Positions 53,726 through 64,000 of a stretch of DNA of 64,000 nt are shown one piece after another. The stretch spans positions 2,108,001 to 2,172,000 of the forward strand of contig JBHGNT010000020.1 in the NCBI GenBank assembly GCA_043228905.1. Direction: 5' to 3'. The stretch comes from Azolla caroliniana (lineage: Eukaryota > Plantae > Polypodiophyta). The notes below the pieces were generated by a model. That model worked only from the letters and a program-made list of their open reading frames with translations. It did no database searches and was not told the origin of the DNA. The first letter of the stretch is position 1. Each line of letters begins with the position of its first letter. The position numbers were made by a program, and so were the translations under genes.

Positions 53726-55256
53726 GCGTTAGATGGATGGAGATATATTTCTCGAAGCAATGTGATGTTATGGCCACCACTGGAAGGTTACATTTGTTCG
53801 ATAACTTCACTCGTCATGAGGTATACCAAGCGTATAAGGATGACATGTTATTAGAAAGTGTACCTTACATACAATATCGACATTTTAATCGTTTATGGAG
53901 ATCGAAGTTTAACAATGTGGTCATACCCTGCAAGGTCCGGATGGGTGTTTGTTCTATATGCGCGAGTTTAAAAAGCATGGCCAAGAGTTCACAATGGGAG
54001 CCACAAGACGGATGTAGGCTCTTATTGCATTTCCCAGATGTAATAATCTATGGTGCTAAGCAAATGCCCTATGCCGACCATAAAAGATTGGATGTTGGTA
54101 ATTCAATTGAAGAGCAAAAGCTATATTGGATGTGGTGCCTTGAGGAAAAACAGAAAAATATTCAGCAAACCAAAAAGTATGTTGGTGATCAGGATGTGGA
54201 TTGGTGGGATGTCTTCTTTAATCATCAACATACAATATTAGATAACCACTTTACAAGGTACTGGCCACTACAAAATCAATTCGAATGGGTGATTGGTGGC
54301 CCATCAATGGCAAGCACGACTCCTTTAATAATCTTGAATTGAATAATCTAGTTTGTCCATGAGAAAGAGATATTTACGTGGGACCAAGATTATCGCATGT
54401 TGCAGAGGCGAGGTGGCAAGGCAATCTACATGAGCTACAAGTTGTTATGTTGGTTGCAACATTAGCTAGGGGTGATAAGTTGGGCCATCCCTTTTGGATT
54501 GGCAAAATCATTGAAATTATTAAGGATGATGAAGGCAATCACGTAAAGTCTATTATGGTTCATTGGTATCATACCTCTTCCAAAGATGCATTTACTGGGA
54601 AGTACTCTTTAGAGATGGTTAAGAATGTCGAAGGCACAAGTAGAAAGCGAAAATCTACCAAGCATGTCTATTCTAGCACTTGATAATGTCGACATACTCG
54701 TGTATGACTTCTCCTTGACCAAAACAGGCCATCTAAGACAGACTACAATCAAGATAATCAAAGAGAAGATCCCAGATGTGCCTGTTGACGCAACATAGAG
54801 ACAAACAAGGAGTATGTCTCATAATCACAGTGACATTGGATTGCAATTGGATGAAGATAATGCATTGGTTGCTAGTGATGATGAGGATGAGACCTCACAA
54901 AGCTCTTCTAGTTCATCGGGTGGGTCTGGTATCTCTAGGAAGTGATGGATCTCAAACATGAAATGTAAATATTGTATGTTACATCAATATGGTGATTCAC
55001 AAATATGTATAAATATACATGTTAGTCATTTTGTAATTTTTGTACGTTCTCTTGTAAATTTCACGTGTCGATTATTAGGGGCATTTTTTGAAAGCCCTAA
55101 ATTTTTGGACATGGTATAAATCAATATATTTTGATTCAAATTCCCAAAACCTTTATGCATGCGATGGTCCTTTTTGTGAAATGACCTACTTTGTGCCTTT
55201 TTTGGACGGACTATTCTTAAATTGCGACATATTACCTATTTCAAATGGCCGGGTGT

Positions 55257-56218
55257 TCCAGTACGATTTCGGCAGGTTCTTCTCATTCATCATTGCCCGT
55301 GCAACCTCTACTATGTGTCGATTCTTTTGCTCGGCTACGCCGTTTTGCTGAGGTGTGTGCCAACATGAGAATTATCTTCGTATTCCTTCCTTTCGGAGAT
55401 ATGTCATAAACTTGTCCGAGAAATACTCTTTGCCTCCATCCGATCGAAGGCAGTGTACGTGCCGACCCGTGACTTTTTCGACTTCGTTTTTGAACCTTTG
55501 GAAGTGGCCGAACACTTCACTCTTCTGCTGCATGGGGTAAATCCAGGTGTGCCTGTAGAAGTCGTCAATAAATGTGACATAGTATCGGCATCCACCGAAT
55601 GTGGTTGTCTGTGCCGGTCCCCATACATCTGAATGCACGACATCTTGGATTCCTTTGCTCACGTTCCTCTCTTTCAGGAACGGTTATCTGTGTTGTTTGC
55701 CGAACTGGCAGGCTTCACATACACTAAGTATCTCCTTTTCGGTAAATGTCGGGAGTCTGATTATGACTCCTTTCGGCTGCATTCCTATAAGCTTTTGGAG
55801 ATTAATGTGACCAATTCGCTTGTGCCACAAGTTCAAGTTGGTTTCGACTTTGTTGCCGTTTGCGAACATGGTGGTCTTCACCTCGCTCGACTCGAGGATG
55901 AGCATTCGTCCTTCTCGACGACCATGCGCTATGACTTGATCGTCTTTTTCAATGAAGCATCCTTCATTATTGAACCGTACTTGCATGCCTTGTTCCATTA
56001 TCTGGCCGACCGAGACCAAATTTTTCGTGATGTTTGGGACATGCAAGACATTTTTCAAGTAGGTTTGTTTGCCATCATTCCCGAATGGGACATTAACGAT
56101 ATGACGAATCGAGTGAGTTGTGTCATCTCCGGCTAGTCGAAGCCGATTCTCGTTGCTTCTTTTGGCACTCCTCTTCGTAGTGGCCGAGTTTTCCATAGTA
56201 GCTGCATTCAATTGGGTT
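55257..56218 (-). mobile_element. 5' part of the split Copia (gag zinc knuckle, protease C-terminus, GAG-pre-integrase, integrase core)
   Basis: CSYYGKLGHYEEEC, VLHVPNITKNLVSVGQ, LWHKRIGH..CEACQFGKQHR, VHSDVWGP, LRSDGGKEY. Colinear with 39903-42220. Confidence 0.9.
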
Positions 56219-56626
56219 TGTTGAGAATCAAGCTCAACCAAGTCTAGTGTGTGAACACACCCTTGAGAGTGCGCACTCAAAGGTCAAAAGTCACCACTCT
56301 TATCTACACATTAACTATGTGTCATAGAATCATATTCTATGACACATATCTAATGAGTTTTCACATTCCCCATGACCCACGAGCTTCAATAGTTAATTAA
56401 GAGAGAGAGAGAGACTATATAAAGCACTCTCCTCCTACTTTGTAATTAGTTCGGTTAATCTCCTTTGTAATATACATCGTCTTGAGTATTCTATTGTTGT
56501 TAAAATCTATCTATCTTGAGTTTCTCTCTCTCTCTCTCTCATACACACACACACACTCACAACACATATCTCTACTCTATTCTGCTCCACAAGAATCACC
56601 ATCGATTCTTTACATGGTATTAGAGC
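56219..56626 (+). mobile_element. 5' LTR (56219-56614) plus PBS of another Copia-like element
   Basis: tgttgagaatc...ctttaca followed by tggtattagagc (one mismatch to the iMet PBS), TATA box and (GA)/(CT)/(CA) tracts. Confidence 0.85.
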
Positions 56627-56630
56627 GGTT

Positions 56631-59600
56631 TAGGGCCAGACAACAGCCTAACACAGAGTGTCCACTTAAGACACTTCACCAAAGGGTGGTACGACAGAAT
56701 GATTTACGGCCACAACGCTTAATTAGACCTTAATTGGTTACTTAGCAATCCGTAATTAACACGCGTAAGATATAACAATGAATACAGAACGGTAATCAAC
56801 ACTGGAAGATTAAGACAATAAGCTTCATTAATTATCCGCTCCTGATTACATTGTAACCGGGCCTTTATATAGGTCTCCAGTGTGAAATACAAAACGGTGC
56901 CAACCGGCACCTTTACGGGATCGTTCCGGATCCGGATCGACATACCGATTCTGGTCCGTCCGTCCACATCTTCTCATATATTACTATATATTTTAAGATT
57001 ACTAATTACAACAGTTCCCGAATAAACTATTCCTTTTCATACTCTGATTTGGACCTCCTTAAGCCTTCTTGCCAGCCGGTAACACATGGCACGCCCGTGG
57101 GACAGTACCTTGTACGTCGAACCCATTATCCGGCCCTTTTACGCTTCGTCCAAAATGTCCAGAATACTTTGCTCCAAAATTTCCAATGGTTCGTCGGGAA
57201 TCTATTGGTGCTGTTGTGGCTGTTGTTACGTTTGTGGCTGTGGCTGCTCCATTGGTGCCTTCTCCGTTTGGGGCTACGGCTTCGTTTGTTGCTCTGGCAC
57301 CGGCATTTCCTTCGTTGGTTCCTCCATCGGAATTGTCTCTGGCTGACTGATCCTGGCCTGGTCCCCGTCTGGTCCTTGCACCGACGACGGTTCCTCATCA
57401 CTAAGGTTGACCGGTGCCGCCTTCCTCGCTTTTTCTTCCCGAAGCCGGGACTGCTCATAGCTTTTGAACTGGATTTGAGCCTCCAGCCGATCGTCGTCTA
57501 GTTGAGCTATGAGCTACCGGACCTGCACCAATTGTTCATCCGCTAGGGCTGTGAAATCTTCAGCCAGCTCATCCCTTATGGCGGTGAAGTCCTCCGAGGT
57601 CAGCGTATAACAGTCATCGCCCTTCTTTCGCCGGTTTTCCACGTCCGCCCTGAGCAATTGGAGTTCCGCCGTATTCTGCGCCCATTTCGCCCACCAATGC
57701 ACAGAGCTGTCGTCAATCAAGCTTTTGGTCTTAGTGAGCCATGACCGGAGGATGCACTGGATCCGTTCGGCTCCCATCTGTGATTTATTTTCTGCGGCTT
57801 GTCGCTCCTCTTTCAATTGCTTGATGATTCGGACCGTGTTCGCCTCCTGCTCCCTATAATGCGACAATTGATTTTGATAGGTTGTTTGCAACCTCTGTAA
57901 TACCATTGTCGCTCTTTCCTTGTCTTCATGGTTCTGTTTGTGGAGCGCCATCCGGTCATTCGCCGCTTCCTCCAATAGCTTGGAACTCTCAGCTCGTTCT
58001 TCAGCGAGTGCCGTTGTGGCCCTATCAACTTCTTGCTGGAGCTCGGCCATCCGTTCTTGCTATTGCTTATACTCCGTCTCCAACTGCTTGTCGTCCCGAT
58101 GCAGATGATCAAAATCATCGGTCTTCTATTTCAGCCTCTGGTTGATCTGCCGGCGCGCGCGGTCCTCCCGATCCTTCTGTTGACGGAGCTCTTCCTTCAG
58201 CCTCTCGATTTCCGTCTCCGCCATCCGTCGCAGCTTGTCTTTTTCTTGCAGCAATTTCTCTTTTTCCTCCTTCAACTGGTCGTAAGCTTGATGTCGTTTA
58301 CGCAGGTTTTCCTCTGCCCGGCGGAGGTTCTCAGCAATCTTTTTTAATTCTTCTTCGGCCACCTTCTTCAAGTCGCATTCACGGCTTCGTAATGCTTCTT
58401 GTGCGGCAAACTCATCTCGTAATTCCGCAAGCTCTTGGGCTTGCGCCGTATCTTTCTCCGGGACAGTTTGTGTCTCCGGGGTCTTATTCCTCTGTACATC
58501 AACCGGAGTCACCGGTGCTTGGATCTGCATCGCGGTTAGGGCCATTTTGGCCATGTCTTCGGTAATCCGATCCAAGTCTTTTCGAGGCACCGGATCCTTG
58601 ACCGGGCCGTCTCCAGTTCATCGGTTGCGACGAGCAACCGTTTCGTTTGCGCTCTTTCCTCCGCCTCTATGCATCCGACTACTCCGGCAATTTGTTCTCC
58701 TATCCACCGCAGCCATTGGCTGCTAGTGCACTGTTGTTGCGCTTGCACAGAGAGTTGGCTGATGGGTTCACTCGCCGGTGGCTGGTCCCGCCTTACTGCG
58801 TCGAGCTGCGCTTCTAGTTCTGCTAGCTGACCACTTTGCCATTCCGGCTCTGAGTATGTTTCGGCTAGCCGCCCCTTGTCTGCTTGTTCTTGGCCGACTG
58901 GGAAGGTTGGTCTTTGTATCTCTGGCTCTTGAGTTACGGGGCTTGCCGGTGCTGCCTGTTGTGCCGGGACTTCTGTGACCGGTTCCATCCGAACCGGTTC
59001 CGGTGCCTCCCTTGGCGTGGGATGCTCAACGTGAGTTGTGGGCGTTCCATCCTTCTGTGGGTCCGAACACTTCCCGGCTGATTCAGCGGCGCTCTTCACC
59101 GGTCGCTGCTGGAGGTGCTCCGTGGGTTCTTCCTCCATTTCTTCCGCGTGAGTCCCGACATTCATTCTTGCCAACAAGGTGTCCGTTTCTTGCTACACCG
59201 GTCGGTGTAGTGGGCTCTTCAGGGGCCATGCCGGTGTCTCTTCGTGTGTGTCCGTCGGCCGCTTCCAGCTGGCGCGCTCCTTTGTCGCCTTCTCTGTGTC
59301 AGCCGTCTTCCCCTTAGTGGCCTTGGAAGCCAACAATTGTTGCCGTTTCGAAGCAGGTTTCGGGGTGCCGTCCGTTGCTGTTCCCCGCTTCTTGGTTTGG
59401 ACGAGCTCGACCGATGGCGCCAATAGGGTGAGCCATTGCGTCACTGCATGCCATATTTTCCGGCCTTCCTTGCCGTCCTTTCCTCTTACTATATCAATCG
59501 CCGTACACAACCCGTCGGCGATCAGCACCGGCCAATCCACCTTCACCCCTTCGTACGTTGCGATGATCAAGCCTACTCGGTTCTGAGGCATGACGGGGGG

Positions 59601-62600
59601 TCGAGGGTACACGTGGTCGAACTCATGGAGCACACGGGCAATTTCGCGGAATAGCATATCTTCGCCGCCCTGTGTCCTGTAGCCCTTTCTGACGAGAGAG
59701 TACTCACCGAAATATTTGATGAGTTGCTCAGAGGTAGGATTGTCGATCGTGTAGATGCCTCCCTCCGGAAGGTCTATTAACGCACGGATCGCCTCCTCCG
59801 TGATTACCTCTGTGTCGATTTCTTTTATAATCTTTTCTGCCTCCTTGTGTGGCGCCGCCTCCATGATCGTTAAGAAACCCTCCAGTCTGTGCTGTCGTAG
59901 CCATTTCTTGGCGGCTTTAGACAATGTTTGGCAGTCCATCTCTGCGTCGAGGTCGGAGAGCGTTGGCGAGGTTTGATGGTGGGGAGAGTGTGAGAGAGAA
60001 AGTTTTCAAGGAGGGGGTTCTCTGTGTGCGAGCTCTCTACGATTGATCTTCACGCGTCTGTCTATGTCTGTTCTCCTTGGTTCGCGATAGGAGAAGGTCT
60101 CGATGTGTGGGGGTTTTTCTCTCTGCATCTTGGCGCCTTTTTTGAGCCTCCGCATGTGCAGGTCGTCTACTATAATAGCATTGCGTGGCATGTGGCGGTG
60201 GTTTAATGTCCTATTCATAGCCCCTCGTACCTTTTCGACGTGCCTCTTTATTCGTTTGCATGGCCGTTTCCACCACTCCTTTCCATGATGTATTTGATTC
60301 GTTCCTTTATTTATTTATTTATTTATTTATTATTATTATTTTTTAAAGTTAATTGTGTGGTTAATTTTTCTCCGGTCTTGTCAGACCCTTACCCGGAACG
60401 CGCACCTTGTCGGCCTCTTGACGGTTTGCCGTCGTTTTGCTCTCCTCGGTTGCCGGCTCGTGCTCCCCCTTACCGGCTTGGTGGTAGCTGTATTCCTCAC
60501 GGGTTGCCGTTGTGGTTGGCCTGCCGGCATCTGATTCGGTGGCGGCCCTTCATTCAAATGGGTTCTTGGGCATAGGTCCTTTGTATGGTTTTAGTCTAAA
60601 TCCGTTGACCCATTTACCCTGCACGTCGCCAATAAGTGTCCCTAACTGGTAGGATCCACTGAACTCGCGTGTGATCCAGTACGGTCCGGTCCATCTAAAC
60701 CGTAGTTTGCCTGGCATTTTACCCATTCGGGTCTGGAACACTAGTACCGGCTTGCCGATTTTGAAGATCTTTTCATTTCCCTTCCGGTGACGATCTACAA
60801 ACGCTTTCCGTCGCCGTTGTTCCAATTCCAGGTGCATGATGCTCGCCAGTCGGTGTTCTTCTAGTTCACACAGAGCCTTTAACCGAATTGCCTCCGATTC
60901 CTTTTCATTGAGTCGTTCCCGAATCTGAATCCGTAAGCTCGGTATCTGGAACTCGACTGGCATGACTGCCTCTAATCCGAATGCTAACCGGAACGGTGTT
61001 GTTCGGATGCTTGTTTTGTACGCTGTCCGGTAGGCCCAGAGTGCACTATGCAGCTTCGTATCCCAATCCGTCTGGTTTTCGTAGACGATTTTCCGGAGGA
61101 TATTCTGGAGCGTTTTGTTCGTCGACTCAACTAACCCGTTTGCTTGCGGATAGTACGGTGTACTTCGTTTATGTACTACCGCATAGAACGTCGTCAAACT
61201 TTCTACCACCTGTCCAAGAAAGTGCCCTCCTTGGTCGCTTATCAGCTCTATGGGGCATCCGTACCGGCACCAAATGCATTCGTATAAGAATTTCGCCGTT
61301 GACGCCGTGGTGTTGTCTCGTAGGGCTTTCGCTTCCACCCACTTAGTGCAGTAATCCGTCGCGACGATCACGTACTGGTTATCGGTTCTCATTGCGGGTG
61401 GTTTAAATGGTTCTAGTGGTAGGACTGGCTGGTGTGGCATCCGAACTTGTTCTGTTGGCTGACCCATTCGCTGGCATAGATCACACTCTTTCGCGTACCG
61501 GACTGCATCTTTCAATGTCGTCGGCCACCATAGGCCACTTTGTCATATCTTCCTTGCCGTCGCATCTCCGGCATAATGGCCTCCGGCGACTCCGCATTGT
61601 GCTTCCCATAGTATTAGCTCCTTCTCGTCGCTGCGCACCGCTCGCGCCATATACCGTCCGCACCTTTGTGGTATAGCGTGTCTTGTAATAAACAGAAGTG
61701 TCGGCTCTGTACCGCCAGGCATTTTCTCTCGTCCCGGTTCATCTCCTCCGGAGGCAATCCGGTACTCAGAAACTGGTGCATATTAGTTAGCCACTTATCT
61801 TCTTGTGCCACCGTTTCATCTGTTGAAGTTTCCGTGGTGATTCGAAAAAGCTCTGCATCCGGAAACTCGTCCGGTACTCCGTCACCCATCTCCCCGGAAT
61901 CTAACCGGCTTAGATAATCTGCTATCGCATGCTGTATGCCGGGTCGGTGGAATATCTTGAATTCGAACTCCTGCAATAGCAAAGTCCACCGGGCCAACTT
62001 ACCGGTAAGTGACGCTTTGGATACTAGGTAGAGGAGTGCCGAATGATCTACATGGAAGGAGAACTTTCTTCCCAATAAATAATGCCTGAATTTTGTTACA
62101 CTGTAGATCATTCCTAAAGCTTCCCTTTCCGTGGTAGAATAATTTCGTTCCGCTTGGGATAGCTTCTGGTTGGCATAGTACACTGGCCGGTACCACCTTG
62201 GCTCGGTAAGCTGCATGAGCGCGTTGCTGATTGCGATGTCGGAGGCGTCCACGAACACATGAAACTCTTTACTCCAATCCGGAGGCTGCGCTACCGGTGC
62301 TTGTGACAATAATACCTTTAGTGCCCGGTACACCTTGTCTTCGATGTCTGTCCATTGGAACAATGTTCGGTGTACTGCCGCATGCAGAGGTATAGCCAGG
62401 TTCGCCAAATATCGGAGCATACGGCTATGCCAACGAATTTGTCCTAAGAAACGGCTCAATGCCTTTGCCGTTGCCGTTGCCGGTGCTTCCAGGATTGCTT
62501 TCACTTTGTCCGGATCTATGTCAATGCCTTCCTTGCTCACAATATGCCCCAGTAGCGTTCCGCTGGACACTCCAAATACACACTTCGCCGGATTCAGGCT

Positions 62601-63857
62601 TAGCCGGTACGCCCTACACTTCTCTAGACATAGTCTGAGGTGCTGCAAATGATCTTCTTCTCGGCTATAGACTGTGAAGTCCTCAAGGAACACCTGCATA
62701 AAAGCTGGTATGTATTCGCCAAAGATCTCCATGAGGATCCGTTGGAATGTTGCCGGTGCCGTTTTCAGTCCGAACATCATCACCACGGCAACAAACACTC
62801 CCCATTCGGTGACGAAAGCCGTTTTCTCTTGATCATCAGGGTGCATCCGGATCTGATTATACCCTTTGAATCCGTCTAAGAAACTGTAGACTTCATGGCC
62901 GGCGACAACATCCAAAACTCCATCCGTAAACGGAAGTGGAAATGCATCCGTTACCGTTGCGGCATTGAGCTTCCGGTAGTCGACACAAACTCTAATTTTG
63001 CTGTTCTTCTTCGGTACGACTACGATCGGGCTCAGCCATGTAGATTTCTTTACAGGACGGATGAAGCCAACCCTTAGCAATTTGTCGATTTCCTCCTTGA
63101 CTTTGGCAGTGTAGTTTGGGTTCATCCAGTACCGACGCTATGCTACCGGCTTAGCGTCTTTGCTCAGATGTATCTGGTGCTGATACAACTGAGGATCCAG
63201 CCCTCTCATATCCTTGTAAGTCCAGGCAAATACGTCGCGAAACTCGTTGAGGAGTGTAATTATCGCCGTTTTGTTCTCTGCATTCATTTCTTTGGCGACA
63301 TGCACCGGTTTTGCCTCCTTCGCCGTTCCTAGATTTACCTCTTCTAATTGAGACGCTTTTACGTGCTGTGATACGACCATTTCTCTTTCCAACGCCTCCT
63401 GTGCTTGCTGTAACTCCCGGATTGCTTCTTTATCTGGTTCCGCTTCGGTGCCGTCCGATTGCAGTAAGTAGGGTGATACCGCTTCGGCGACATCAATTTC
63501 GAATAGGGGTACAATCTTCGGGTTCTCCTGCAAGTACTGATCTTCATCTTCGTCTGCTAATCCTTCCAGCATATTGACGCACTCCGCATATAACGGTGTC
63601 AGATCCTTGCCGGTACCCTTCCTTGGTTGTGTTGGTACCCGTACCTTCGCTTTTCCCCGCCGGAACGTAATCATATTCCTCCTCTAGTTCTGCTTGATGT
63701 GTGGCGTCTTTAACCAAGGGCGTCCCAACAATAATGGGTACGCTCCTTGAGCCTGCAACTGGAGAACTACGGCTGAGATTCGGAATGTGTGGCCCCCGAT
63801 GGTTACTTCTAAGTCCCATATTAATCCCATCGTGGTCGCCAAAAACTGTGTTAATCC
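56631..63857 (-). mobile_element. Ty3/Gypsy (non-chromovirus, Athila-like layout) element: protease, RT, RNase H, integrase, extra 3' ORF, LTR ~56631-57084
   Basis: YPLLLGRPWL (protease), RVCVDYRKLN, LDGFKGYNQI, FLEDF (degenerate YxDD), RNase H VFVDASD, integrase YYPQANG. Frameshifts. The inner LTR boundary is uncertain. Confidence 0.93.
57100..59939 (-). pseudogene. Frameshifted extra ORF of the Gypsy (globular N-terminus, Pro/Glu linker, long coiled coil)
   Basis: Consecutive same-strand ORFs 59939-59193, 59177-58536, 58590-58126 and 58050-57514 between integrase and the LTR; E/K/R/Q-rich heptad character. Confidence 0.7.
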
Positions 63858-64000
63858 TAGGGCCGGACAACAGCCTAACACAGGGTGTCCACTTAAGACA
63901 CTTCACCAAAGGGTGGTACGGCATAATGATTTACGACACAACGCTTAATTAGACCTTAATTGGTTACTTAGCAATCCGTAATTAACACGCGTAAGATATA
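63858..64000 (-). mobile_element. Second copy of the Gypsy LTR (partial, runs off the window), abutting the protease coding region
   Basis: Near-identical to 56631-56773 (tagggcc.gacaacagcctaacacag.gtgtccacttaag...gcgtaagatata). Confidence 0.92.

Larger units (their letters stand above)
46312..54945 (+). pseudogene. Cys-rich transposase-like gene in three pieces (46312-46437, 49023-49583, 53730-54945), internally deleted, with C-terminal BAH-like module
   Basis: Reading frames rejoin after removing the LINE (NNKRCHV/KTNDD) and the LTR element (GWHDV/RWMEIYF). Motifs CC...CLSKF and CDVMATTGRLHL..EVY..Y..FNRLW..F.NVVIP..RMGVCSIC recall DUF7869-type putative transposases. The end carries PFWIGKII...IMVHWY. 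No catalytic core recognised. Confidence 0.65.
42221..55256. mobile_element. Putative DNA transposon with a divergent ParB-MTase gene and transposase-like gene, inserted in a Copia integrase
   Basis: Copia coding sequence stops at 42220 (ILVGY) and resumes at 55257 (KNLPKSYW). The right end reads CACCCGGCCATTTG on the minus strand. No matching left TIR or TSD was found. Confidence 0.7.

Overview
Eukaryotic land-plant nuclear DNA (AT-rich, GT-AG introns, microsatellites; the repeat families look fern-like, which is inference). It holds two intact host genes: a VNS-type (VND/NST/SMB) NAC transcription factor (+, 4848-8798, 3 exons) and a convergent AP-4 beta-adaptin (-, 38520-17808, 11 exons, with a 10.9-kb TE-filled intron 8). 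The rest is nested transposable elements: L1- and RTE-like LINEs, Copia, Gypsy, solo LTRs and a MITE-like element. The most notable structure is a ~13-kb insert (about 42221-55256) that splits a Copia element. After removing two younger nested insertions, it is a ~6.3-kb putative DNA transposon with two divergent, decayed genes. One is an intron-containing ParB-like domain fused to a bacterial-type beta-class amino (N6A/N4C) DNA methyltransferase; the other is a Cys-rich transposase-like gene with a C-terminal BAH-like module. Also notable: a LINE carrying spliced sugar-transporter fragments between 18-bp target-site duplications (TSDs), a tRNA-Trp-primed non-autonomous LTR element with a 4-bp TSD, and a Gypsy LTR with a TA end and a tRNA-like sequence where the polypurine tract (PPT) is expected. 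All calls were made by eye, with no database searches.
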